Shown here piece by piece: positions 22,334-32,866 of a stretch of DNA of 64,000 nt (its first letter is position 1; each line of letters starts with the position of its first letter). Under the pieces are notes generated by a model. It saw nothing but the letters and a program-made list of their open reading frames with translations, had not been told where the DNA came from and made no database searches. Location of the stretch: assembly GCA_043228905.1 (NCBI GenBank), contig JBHGNT010000001.1, positions 32,488,001-32,552,000 of the forward strand. The letters are read 5' to 3'. Both the position numbers and the translations under genes were made by a program. This stretch comes from Azolla caroliniana (taxonomy: Eukaryota; Plantae; Polypodiophyta).

Positions 22334-25300
22334 ATCTGTACGATAAAACCGTGTACAATAGGTAGGAAATTTTGCTTCTCCGACAGCGGAGCATGTACGA
22401 TGGTCGGCATCGCCGGCCGAGAGAAAACAAAGACGGAGGGGAGACTTCGGGCGTGCGGAGTTCTCGGCCATGACGAAGAAATCAACGGAGCCGTGGAGGC
22501 AGTCTCCTTCGACGACACCTTGGGAATGCTGGGGAGGGTAGTCGAAGAAGACCTTATCGAAGACCGGACGATACCGGTATGTTCCGAAGAAATGTACGAA
22601 GTCATCGCGGACTTCGGTCGAGGGCTCGAGTCGGAACGGACGGCCCGAGTTAGCGCCAAGTACAAGACGGTGGACCGGAAGGTGAGGCCAGTTGCGGCGC
22701 CCTTACCGGAGGGCAGCGAATCCCGAATCAAAGGGGTTGCATCGGACCCCAGCTTACGAGATCCGGCCTGCATAGGACACACCTTCACCAACGAGACGCT
22801 CCGCGAGCTGAAGATCGGTGGGGGCAGGTTCCTACTGCCGGTGGAGGAAGACCGGTTTCGGAGGATGCTCGGAAGGCACGGGAAAGCCTTCGCATTCTCA
22901 CCGGAGGAAATCGGGTGCGTAGACCCGACGATCGTAGAGCCGATGGTGATATTCACGGTACCGCATGTACCGTGGAATCTCAAGCCAATTCCGGTTCCGA
23001 GAGCTCACATCCCGAAGTTGATGGAGCTGTTGAAGCAGAAAGTTGATATGGGCATTCTCGAGCCGTCGAGCGCCCCGTACTCGAACCGGTGGTTTACGGT
23101 ACCAAAGAAAAACGGGTCATTGCGCTTCATTCAGGACCTGCAACCGGTCAATAGGGTGACCATTCGGAACGCAGGGATCGGACCGACCATAGACGAGTTC
23201 GCGGAGGCCTTCGCCGGAAGGTCGATTTACTCGGTCGGTGATCTATATTCAGGGTACGACCAGTTCCAGCTAGCCGTGGAGAGCAGAGACATTACGACGA
23301 TGCGAACTCCCCTTGGCCTAGTGCGGATGTGTACGCTGCCGCAAGGAGGGACCAACTCGGTGGCCCACATGGTGAATGCAATGAACAAGGTGCTGAGGGA
23401 CTGCATCCCGGACATCACCATGCCGTTTCTAGACGACATCCCGATCAAGGGATGCCCGGTAGAAGAGAAGGACGAGACGATCGGGCCGGACGGATGCCGG
23501 CGATTCGTGGTAACGCACATCGACGACTGCGAGAAGGTGCTGCAAAGGCTAGAGGATGCGAGGCTCACCTTCTCGGGGGAGAAGTCAGCCTTCGGGCAGT
23601 CGGAAATCATGGTGGTCGGACATTTATGTGGACCATATGGCCGGAGACCGTCTCCGGCAAAGATAGAAGCCATCTCCGCGATGAAGCCTGATTGCAGCTC
23701 GGTCACGGAAGTACGAAGATTCTTGGGGGCATGCGCCTTCTACCACATATGGATCCCGCATTACGCGCACGTCGCGGAACCGCTGTACGGATTATTGAAG
23801 AAAGGGCGAAGATTCGAATGGCTAGACAAGCACACGGAGTCGGTCCGGAAGCTGAAGGAGGCTCTTTCGGCAGCACCGGCGCTCCGAAAGGCCGTCTACA
23901 GGAAGGGCACCCCAGTGTACATAACGGTTGACACGAGTCCGACCGGAATCGGGTGGGTCGTCAACCAAGAAGACGAGGACGGCAATCAGTTTCCGATCCG
24001 ATTCGGCGCGAAGGTCCTCAGCGAACGGCAGCGCGGATACGCCCAGGTTAAACGCGAACTCTGGGGTATCGTTTCGGCGGTGAAGGCCGACAAGGACTAT
24101 CTGATCAGGACGGAGGTAATCATAAAGACGGATTGCATGCCGATTCTCGGCATGGTTTCCGGATGCGCGACGCCGGACCTGGCAATGCTCAGGTGGATAG
24201 CGTACATCAAGTCCCTGGACCCGGAAATACGACACATTTCCGGGAAAGACAACGCCATGGCCGACATGCTTTCGAGGGCGAGATTCGATGACGAGGGCGG
24301 CATGGTTTCGGAGGACGAAGAGGTCGGCATGGACTTCTTCGAGACTGCGTATGTAACAACCGACGGAACAAGCACTCCGGCGCTTAACGACTTCGACGCG
24401 AGCAAGTACGACGAGGAGTGGCTGCAGATCGGTGGGTTTTTGAAGACAATGACGCCCGATGCGTCATGGACGAAGGACGAGGCCAACCGGATCCGGAAGA
24501 AAGCGTACCGGTTCTTTCTCCGGGATGGCTATCTATGGAAGCACCCGAAGAAGAGGGACGGCGCTCCGCTCCGGGTGGTGGCGATGAGGGAAGAGCAGGA
24601 GGAGCTGCTGACGGCCTACCACGACAGCCCTTGGGCTGGACACCGTGGAACATGGGCTACGTTTGAGAAACTGAAGGGGAAGTATTGGTGGCCGGGGCAG
24701 TACCGGGACGTGCATCGGTTCGTGACAACTTGCGAGAGCTGTCAGATGCACTCCATAGTCCGACATCGGGACGAGCTTCACCCCACGTACCCTCCGACCA
24801 TCCACTTCAAATGGATGGTAGATCTGGTGACGATGCCAATGGGGGTAGGACAGATGCGGTACCTGGTCCTAGCACGGGAGGATCTGACGAACCAGGTGGA
24901 AGGTCGGGCCCTTCCGAACAAAACGACCGCGGCCGTATGCCGGTTCCTAATCGAGGACGTGATATGCCGGTACGGGTGCATCGGGAAGATCGTGGCTGAC
25001 CGAGGGGAGTTGGACGCCGAAGAAGCCGCGGAGCTGTTCGACCGGCTGGGAGTCAAGCTCTCGCTCACCACTGCGTACAATCCGGAGGCGAATGGAAAGG
25101 TGGAGCGCGGACACGGACCGATCGTCAAGGCGTTGGTTCGGGCATGCGGAGGCCGAGTCGGTAACTGGCCGCGGCTGCTACCTTATGCTTTGTGGGCAGA
25201 CCGGACCACGCACAGTTCGGTAACCGGGTACATGCCGTCGGAGCTCATGTTCGGCCAGAAGCCGATCATGCCGATGGAACGGACGATCTCCTCGTGGGCA

Positions 25301-25756
25301 ACGGTCGACTGGAGGGACGAGATGAGCCGGGAGGAGTTGTTGGCCGCGCGCATACGACAGCTCGAGCGGAGACCGGAGGACGTGGAACTGGCTGCGGAGA
25401 AGCTCCGGGTGGCGAGGAAAAAGAACAAAGCCAGGTTCGACCGAACGCACCGGCTCCGACCGAAGAAAATCGAAGAAGGTGACTGGGTGCTCGTCTACGA
25501 CAGCAGCCTCGACAACCAGCACCGAGCTACACGGAAGTTCGCACGAAGGTGGTTCGGGCCTTACGTGGTACGGAGCGCCAATGACAACGGGACATATCAC
25601 CTGGCGGAACTCGACGGCACGAGAATGGCGATACCGGTTGCAGGGAAGCGGATCAAAGCGTTCAAGAAGCGACACGACGACGAGCCAGACCCGGCTCTCC
25701 CGGTCAGCAGTGACGAACGATCCGAAAACGAGGAAGAACCGACGGGCGAGGAATGA
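22274..25756 (+). CDS. pol: Pol (RT, RNase H, integrase), copy E; first Met at 22400
   Basis: RT DLYSGYDQ, LPQG and PFLDD; RNase H VDTS...ADMLSR; integrase H-H-C-C, DLV...ADRGE...NGKVE and WFGPY; no chromodomain. Confidence 0.95.
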   Translation, partial: LERTAKAWGRDSPDAPGKPHICTIKPCTIGRKFCFSDSGACTMVGIAGREKTKTEGRLRACGVLGHDEEINGAVEAVSFDDTLGMLGRVVEEDLIEDRTIPVCSEEMYEVIADFGRGLESERTARVSAKYKTVDRKVRPVAAPLPEGSESRIKGVASDPSLRDPACIGHTFTNETLRELKIGGGRFLLPVEEDRFRRMLGRHGKAFAFSPEEIGCVDPTIVEPMVIFTVPHVPWNLKPIPVPRAHIPKLMELLKQKVDMGILEPSSAPYSNRWFTVPKKNGSLRFIQDLQPVNRVTIRNAGIGPTIDEFAEAFAGRSIYSVGDLYSGYDQFQLAVESRDITTMRTPLGLVRMCTLPQGGTNSVAHMVNAMNKVLRDCIPDITMPFLDDIPIKGCPVEEKDETIGPDGCRRFVVTHIDDCEKVLQRLEDARLTFSGEKSAFGQSEIMVVGHLCGPYGRRPSPAKIEAISAMKPDCSSVTEVRRFLGACAFYHIWIPHYAHVAEPLYGLLKKGRRFEWLDKHTESVRKLKEALSAAPALRKAVYRKGTPVYITVDTSPTGIGWVVNQEDEDGNQFPIRFGAKVLSERQRGYAQVKRELWGIVSAVKADKDYLIRTEVIIKTDCMPILGMVSGCATPDLAMLRWIAYIKSLDPEIRHISGKDNAMADMLSRARFDDEGGMVSEDEEVGMDFFETAYVTTDGTSTPALNDFDASKYDEEWLQIGGFLKTMTPDASWTKDEANRIRKKAYRFFLRDGYLWKHPKKRDGAPLRVVAMREEQEELLTAYHDSPWAGHRGTWATFEKLKGKYWWPGQYRDVHRFVTTCESCQMHSIVRHRDELHPTYPPTIHFKWMVDLVTMPMGVGQMRYLVLAREDLTNQVEGRALPNKTTAAVCRFLIEDVICRYGCIGKIVADRGELDAEEAAELFDRLGVKLSLTTAYNPEANGKVERGHGPIVKALVRACGGRVGNWPRLLPYALWADRTTHSSVTGYMPSELMFGQKPIMPMERTISSWATVDWRDEMSREELLAARIRQLERRPEDVELAAEKLRVARKKNKARFDRTHRLRPKKIEEGDWVLVYDSSLDNQHRATRKFARRWFGPYVVRSANDNGTYHLAELDGTRMAIPVAGKRIKAFKKRHDDEPDPALPVSSDERSENEEEPTGEE

Positions 25757-27985
25757 AGACGGGCCGGTTTTCTCCGTCCCAACTTTCTTGGCGCATACCG
25801 GAGGATGCGCGGTTAGGTGGGGGCGGATGTCGTGAAGAAAACCGTCCATAAGCGGAATCGGCGCACCAAGGCGTGGGAACCGGTTCTTCACGCGCGCACG
25901 CTCCAAGTTGTACATAGAAGCGAACTAGGAGGATAATTGGCAGGAACGGGCCCTAACACGAGTGGAGACAAAGACCGCGCGAATAGTCTTTCGGTCGCGC
26001 GCGCGAACTGTACGAGTCGGCGGCGTAACTACGCGGATGCGTGAAGAACAGAGCGGATCCCTGTTCGAAAGGGACAGGGAATAAAGCTGACACGACGGCC
26101 TGCTCGTCGGCCTATATAAGAGCAGGAAAGAGCTGTTGCAGGCATCTCGCGTAGAGAGGACGAAGTGCTGTCGGACCGTTTCTGGACGCTTCTCTCTCTG
26201 TTTCCTTCCTTCTTGAGCTCCATAGCTTTCTGTGCAGGGTTCCGAGGAGGCTCGCGCTGTTTCGAGGAACGCCCGAGTGCTTCCGGCAGCACCTCCGACC
26301 TGCTACCCCCCCTTTGTGCGTCGAAGCGAACAGGCATCGGCATCTGTTCGCCGGCCTGTTCGGTTGTAACCAACCTGTGCCCCATCGGGGGTTGTAGTCG
26401 TGCTAGCCATTTTTCTTAATATACATATTTAGTCATTCGCATCTGTCTGTGTCGGTGTCTGTTCGCGTTCTCCGTGCTGAAGGGCCGTGTCCCTGTGTAT
26501 CTCCGGTCCTGCGTAGCCGGTTCTCCCTCTTTCTCTTCCCTCGCTTGCTCTTTGGTTCGAGACCCCCGCGGTCCCGCCTCGTTTCCACACGCACTTGCGT
26601 AATATCTGGACAGCGCTAGAGGAGTTGACGCGGGCGATAAAGGATCTCCAGATCGCCTAGACTCGAAGGGAAGGCGACGAACGGGCTCGTGACCGACGGT
26701 CGGCAGCGGGGAACAGGTGCATGTGGTGTGACGAGGTCGGCCACATTCGGAAGGACTGCGGCGATTTCGCAGAGGCGTTGAGAAACTGGGTGGTGTACCT
26801 GTGGGAAGGCCGGGTGCACGCTGGCGACACCAGGAGGGCCCTGAGCCGAAACGACGGGCGAGGAGGTATGAAGAGACTGATGGAAGAGGCAGCGGCCCGA
26901 CACGTGGAGGCCATCCACTACTCGACGTCAGCCGGTATTCGGGTCGGGGGCAGCGAGGCCCGAAAGGAGAGTAAAGACGGTTTCTGGTCGGCAATGCTGG
27001 AAGGCCTCGCCGGCGCGCGACTGAGGAAAGATGAAACGAACCACGCTGAGAGACGGGTTCGGGAAATAACAGGGTGGAGCGATCCGGTCGAGGAGAAGAC
27101 GGGCTTCGTAGAAGCCGCTTGCCGGAACTACGAGGCTCTGGTAGAGGAGAAACGAGTGGGGAAAGCCGGAGCGACCGGGCCCTCACAACGGTACGAGACC
27201 CGATTCGGGCAACGACGGAACGATGCCGGTGGGCCCGGCCCGCAAGATAACCCCAGGAAGGGCGGGTACCGACTGGGGACAGAAATAGAAAGGACTACGG
27301 ACCTACGAAAGGTCCTAGAAGAACGGGTCCTCGACAGCAAAGTGGAGCTGTCATTACGGGAGGTGCTAGGGATCGCCAAGAAGGAGTTCCACGACTCTAT
27401 TGTAGACTTGGTGAAACGGAAGAGACTATCGACGAAGACGGAACCGGAAAGACCGGTGGAGGTGCGGACGACACACATCGACGACTCGGCGCTGGAAGAT
27501 GAGTGGGCGGAGAGCCACTATTCGAGGCCACACTGGGCCCGAGCGACCACGGAGACCCCAGTAAAAATCGGAGGTGTTCAGGAACCGGTGGTGGCGTTGG
27601 TGGACCACGGTTCGGAAATAAACTTAATGTCCATGGACTTCTATAAGAAGGGAAAGTGGCCGATCAACACCAGGCACGGGTGGAAGATACGGGCGGCGAC
27701 GCGCGCCACCGAGGAACTGCACGGGGCCTGCTCGAATGTGCGAGTAAAGATCAGCGACGTCGAGATTGACCAGCACTTCTTCGTACAGGAGACGTCCTCG
27801 CATCCGGTCATATTAGGGGAACCATACATCACGGCAGCTCGAATGGAGACCAAGGTGCTAGACAACGGTTCGGCCTACGCGAGGGTCAAAAGCCAGGATG
27901 GGCGCCATTCGGTGCAATTTTTGACGGTGCGGCCGAACCACGAGAGAAACCGCGAGTCCCTCGGTGGCGAGAACCGGGAGGATTT

Positions 27986-30900
27986 TTAGAGAGGGCTGCC
28001 AAGGCGTGGGGCCGAGACAGTCCGGATACTCGGGAAAGACCCCACGATTGTATGATAGGCAGGAGAATTTGCTTCTCTGACAACGGAGGGTGTATGATGG
28101 TCGGCATCGTTGGCCAAGAAAAGACAAGGGCGGAAGAGCGACTTCGAGCGTGCGGAGTTCTTGGCCCGGACGAGGAAATCAGCGGAGCCGTGGAGGCGGT
28201 CTCCTTCGACGACACCTTAGGGATGCTGAGGAAGGTTGCCGGAGAAGACCTTAACGAAGACCGGACGATACCGGTATGTTCCGAAGAGATGTACGAAGTC
28301 ATCGCGAACTTCAGTCGGGGGCTCGGGTCGGATCGGACGGCCCGAGTTAGCACAAAGTACAAGATTGTGGGCCGGAAGGTAAGGCCAGTCGCGGCACCCT
28401 TACCGGAGGGCAGCGAGTCCCGGATCAGAGGGGTTGCGTCGGACCCCAGTTTACGAGATCCGGCCTGCATAGGACACACCTTCACCGACGGGACGCTCCG
28501 GGAGCTCAAAATCGGTGGGGGCGGGTTCCTACTGCCGGCGGAGGAAGACCGGTTTCGGAGGATGCTCGGAAGGCACGGGAAAGCCGTCGCATTCTCACCG
28601 GAAGAGATCGGGTGCGTAGACCCGACGATCGTGGAGCCGATGGTGATATTCACGGTACCGCATGTGCCGTGGAATCTCAAGCCGATTCCGGTACCGAGAG
28701 CTCACATCCCGAAGTTGATGGAGCTATTGAGGCAGAAGGTAGATATGGGCATTCTTGAACCGTCGAGTGCCCCATACTCGAACCGATGGTTTACCGTACC
28801 GAAGAAAAACGGAACGTTGCGCTTCATTCAAGACTTGCAGCCGGTCAACAGGGTGACCATTCGAAACGCAGGAATTGGACCGACCATAGACGAGTTCGCG
28901 GAGGCCTTTGCCGGGAGGTCGATTTACTCGGTCGGTGATCTGTACTCAGGGTACGACCAGTTCCAGCTAGCCGTGGAGAGCAGAGACATTACGACGATGC
29001 GAACTCCCCTCGGCCTAGTGCGAATGTGTACCCTGCCACAAGGAGGGATTAACTCGGTGGCTCACATGGTAAATGCAATGAACAAGGTACTGAGGGATTG
29101 CATCCCCGACATCACCATGCCATTTCTGGACGACATCCCGATTAAGGGGTGCCCGGTGGAGGAGAAGGACGAGACAGTCGGGCCGGACGGATGCCGGCGA
29201 TTCGTGGGGAAACACATCGACGACTGCGAAAAGGTGCTACAAAGGCTAGAGGATGCTAGGCTCACCTTCTCCGGGGAGAAATCGGCCTTCGGGCAATCGG
29301 AAATCCTGGTAGTCAGACACCTATGTGGGCCATATGGCCGGAAGCCGTCTCCGGCAAAGGTAGAAGCCATCTCCGCGATGAAGACCGACTGTAGCTCGGT
29401 TACGGAAGTTCGGAGGTTCCTGGGGGCATGCGCATTCTACCACATATGGATCCCGCATTACGCCCACGTTGCGGAGCCACTATACGGGTTGCTGAAGAAG
29501 GGGCAAAGATTCGAATGGCGAGACGAGCACACGGGGTCGGTCCGGAAGCTGAAGGAAGCTCTTGCGGCAGCACCGGCGCTCCGGAAGGCTGTCTACGAGA
29601 AGGGTACCCCGGTATACATAACGATGGATACGAGCCCGACCGGGATCGGATGGGTCGTCAACCAAGAAGACGAGGACGGCACCCGGTTCCCAATCCGATT
29701 CGGCGCTAAGGTCCTCAGTGAACGACAGCGAGGGTACGCCCAGGTTAAACGCGAGCTCTGGGGTATCGTTTCGGCGGTAAAGACGGACAAAGACTACCTG
29801 ATCGGGACAGAAGTGGTTATCGAGACGGATTGCCTGCCGATTCTCGGCATGGTTTCCGGATGCGCGACACCGGACCTGGCGATGCTCAGGTGGATAGCGT
29901 ACATCAAGTCCCTGGACCCGGAGATACGACACATTTCCGGAAAGGACAACGCCATGGCCGACATGCTTTCGAGGGCGAGGTTTGATGACGAGGGCGGCAT
30001 GGTTTCGGAGGACGAAGAAGTCGGCGTGGACTTCTTCGAGGCGGCGTACGTGACGACCGGTGGGACGAGCACTCCGGCACTTAACGACTTCGACGAGAGC
30101 AAGTATGACGGCGAGTGGCTCCAGATCGGTGGATTCTTGAGGACAATGACGCCGGATGCGTCATGGACGAAGGACGAGGCCAACCGGATCCGGAAGAAAG
30201 CTTACCGATTCTTTCTCCGGGACGGATACTTATGGAAGCACCCGAAGAAGAGGGACGGCGCTCCGCTCCGGGTGGTGGCGATGAAGGAAGAACAGGAGGA
30301 GCTGGTGACGGCCTACCACGACAGCCCTTGGGCCGGACACCGTGGAACCTAGGCCACGTTCGAGAAGATAAAAGGGAAGTACTGGTGGCCGGGACTGTAC
30401 CGGGACGTGCATCGATTCGTGACAACTTGCGAGAGCTGTCAGATGCACTCCATAGTCCGACACAGGGACGAACTTCACCCTACGTACCCTCCGACCATCC
30501 ACTTCAAATGGATGGTAGACCTGGTAACGATGCCGATAGGAGTAGGACAGATGCGGTATCTGGTCCTGGCTCGGGAAGATCTAACGAACCAGGTGGAAGG
30601 CCGGGCCCTTCAGAACAAAACGACTGCGGCCGTATGTCGGTTCCTGCTCGAGGACGTAATATGCCGGTACGGGTGCGTCGGGAAGATCGTGGCTGATCGC
30701 GGGGAGTTGGACGCCGAGGAGGCCGAGGAGCTATTCGATCGGCTAGGAGTCAAGCTCTCGCTCACCACTGCGTACAATCCAGAGGCAAATGGGAAGGTGG
30801 AGCGCGGACACGGACCGATCGTCAAGGCGTTAGTTCGGGCATGCGGAGGTCGAGTCGGGAACTGGCCGCGGCTACTGCCTTACGCGTTGTGGGCTGACCG

Positions 30901-31450
30901 GACTACGCACAGTTCGGTAACCGGATTCATGCCGGCAGAGCTCATGTTTGGGCAGAAGCCGATCATGCCGATTGAACGTGCGGTCTCCTCATGGGCAACC
31001 GTGGACTGGAGAGACGAGATGAGCCGGGAGGAACTGCTGACGGCGCGCATACGACAGCTCGAGCGGAGACCGGAGGACGTGGAGCAGGCTGCGGAAAAGC
31101 TTCGGGAAGCAAGGATGAGGAACAAAGCCCGGTTCGACCGAACACACCGGCTCCGACCGAAGAAGATCGAGGAAGGCGACTGGGTGCTAGTCTACGACAG
31201 CAGCCTCGACAACCAGCACCGAGCGACACGGAAGTTCGCAAGAAGGTGGTTTGGGCCTTACGTGGTACAAAGCGCCAACGACAACGGGACGTACCATCTG
31301 GCGGAACTCGACGGTACGAGAATGACGATACCGGTAGCTGGGAAGCGGATCAAGACGTTCAAGAAGCGTCACGACGACGAGCCGGATCAGGTTGACTTGG
31401 ACCGCGATGACGAGCGACCCGAAACCGAGGAAGAACCGACGGGCGGGTAA
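27986..31450 (+). pseudogene. pol: pol of D with a premature stop
   Basis: TGG>TAG at 30350-30352 in the integrase zinc-binding region; otherwise colinear with pol of E. Confidence 0.92.
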
Positions 31451-32866
31451 TGAAGGCTGGACCGGTTTTCTCCGTCCAAACACAATTTGGCGCATGCCGG
31501 AGGATGCGCGGTTAGGTGGGGGCGGATGTCGTGAAGAAAACCGTCCACAAGCGGAATCGGTGTACCGGAGCGTAGAAACCGACTCTTCATGCACGTGCGC
31601 CTTAAGTTGTACATAGGAGATCCTAGGTAGATTCGGTAGGTAGGGAGTAAAGGGGGAAACGGCTCCTTCCTTGCCTATAAAAGGAGGGAGACGAGGAGAG
31701 TAAGGGGATCGCGGAGAGTCGAGGACGAAGTGCTGTCGGATTGAGCGCGAAGGCTTCTCTCTCTCTCTGGTTCGCAGACTCCATAGCTTCCGTCTGTGCA
31801 GGTTTCGGGAGGCTCGCGCTGCTCTGAGGAATGCCCGAGTGCTTCCGGCAGCACCTCCAACCTGCTCCTGTCTTTCTGTGCGTTTACGAACAGGTATCGG
31901 CATCTGTCCGCCGGCCTGTTCGGTTGTAACCGACTTCGTGTTTTGTTGTCCTCGTGTTCTTGTTGTTTGTCTTGTCAATACATACATACTTTCGTGTCTT
32001 CCCGTTGTCGGGATATTATGCAAGTGCGTGTGGAATCGAGGCGGGACCGCGGGGGTCTCGAACCAAAGAGCAAGCGAGGGAGGGGAAAGAGAGAGAACCG
32101 GCTACGCAGGACCGGGGGTACACAGGGACACGGCCCTTCAGCACGGAGAACACGAACAGACACCGACACAGACAGATGCGAATGGCTAAATGTGTATATT
32201 AAGAAAAACGGCTAACACGACTACAACCCTCGACGGGGCACAGGTTGGTTACGACCGAACAGGCCGGCGAACAGATGCCGATGCCTGTTCACTTCGACGC
32301 TCAAAGGGGCTGTAGCTGGTCGGAGGTGCTGCCGGAAGCACTCGGGCGTTCCTCGAAAACAGCGCGAGCCTCCTCGGAACCCTGCACGGAAAGCTATGGA
32401 GCTCAAGAAGGAAGGAAACAGAGAGCGAAGCGTCCAGAAACGGTCCGGCAGCACTTCGTCCTCTCTGCACGAGATATCCCTGCAACAGCTCTTTCCCGCT
32501 CCTTATATAGGCCGACGAGCAGGCCGTCCTGTCAGCTTTATTCCCTGTCCCTTTTGGACAGGGATCCGCTCCGTTTTTCACGCATCCGCGTAGTTACGCC
32601 GCCGACTCGTACAGTTCGCGCGCGCGACCGAAAAGACTGTTCGCGCGGTCTTTGTCTCCACTTGAGTTAGGGCCCGTTCCTGCCGATTATCCTCCTAATT
32701 CGCTTCTATGTACTACTTGGAGCGTGCGCGCGCGAAGAACCGGTTCCCACGCCTTGGTGCGCCGATTCCGCCTATGGACGGTTTTCTTCACGACATCCGC
32801 CCCCACCTAACCGCGCATCCTCCGGTATGCGCCAAGAGAGTTGGGACGGAGAAAACCGGCCCGTCT

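Larger units (their letters stand above)
19322..26612 (+). mobile_element. Intact Ty3/gypsy copy E, inserted in the gag of D
   Basis: 785-bp LTRs at 19322-20106 and 25828-26612; TSD GCGC at 19318-19321 and 26613-26616; PBS, PPT and two intact ORFs. Confidence 0.97.
18567..27989 (+). pseudogene. gag: gag-protease of D, disrupted
   Basis: Frameshift in an A-run near 18871-18876, split by E at 19321/26613, and TAG near 26658. Removing E restores GGAALEE. Confidence 0.9.
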
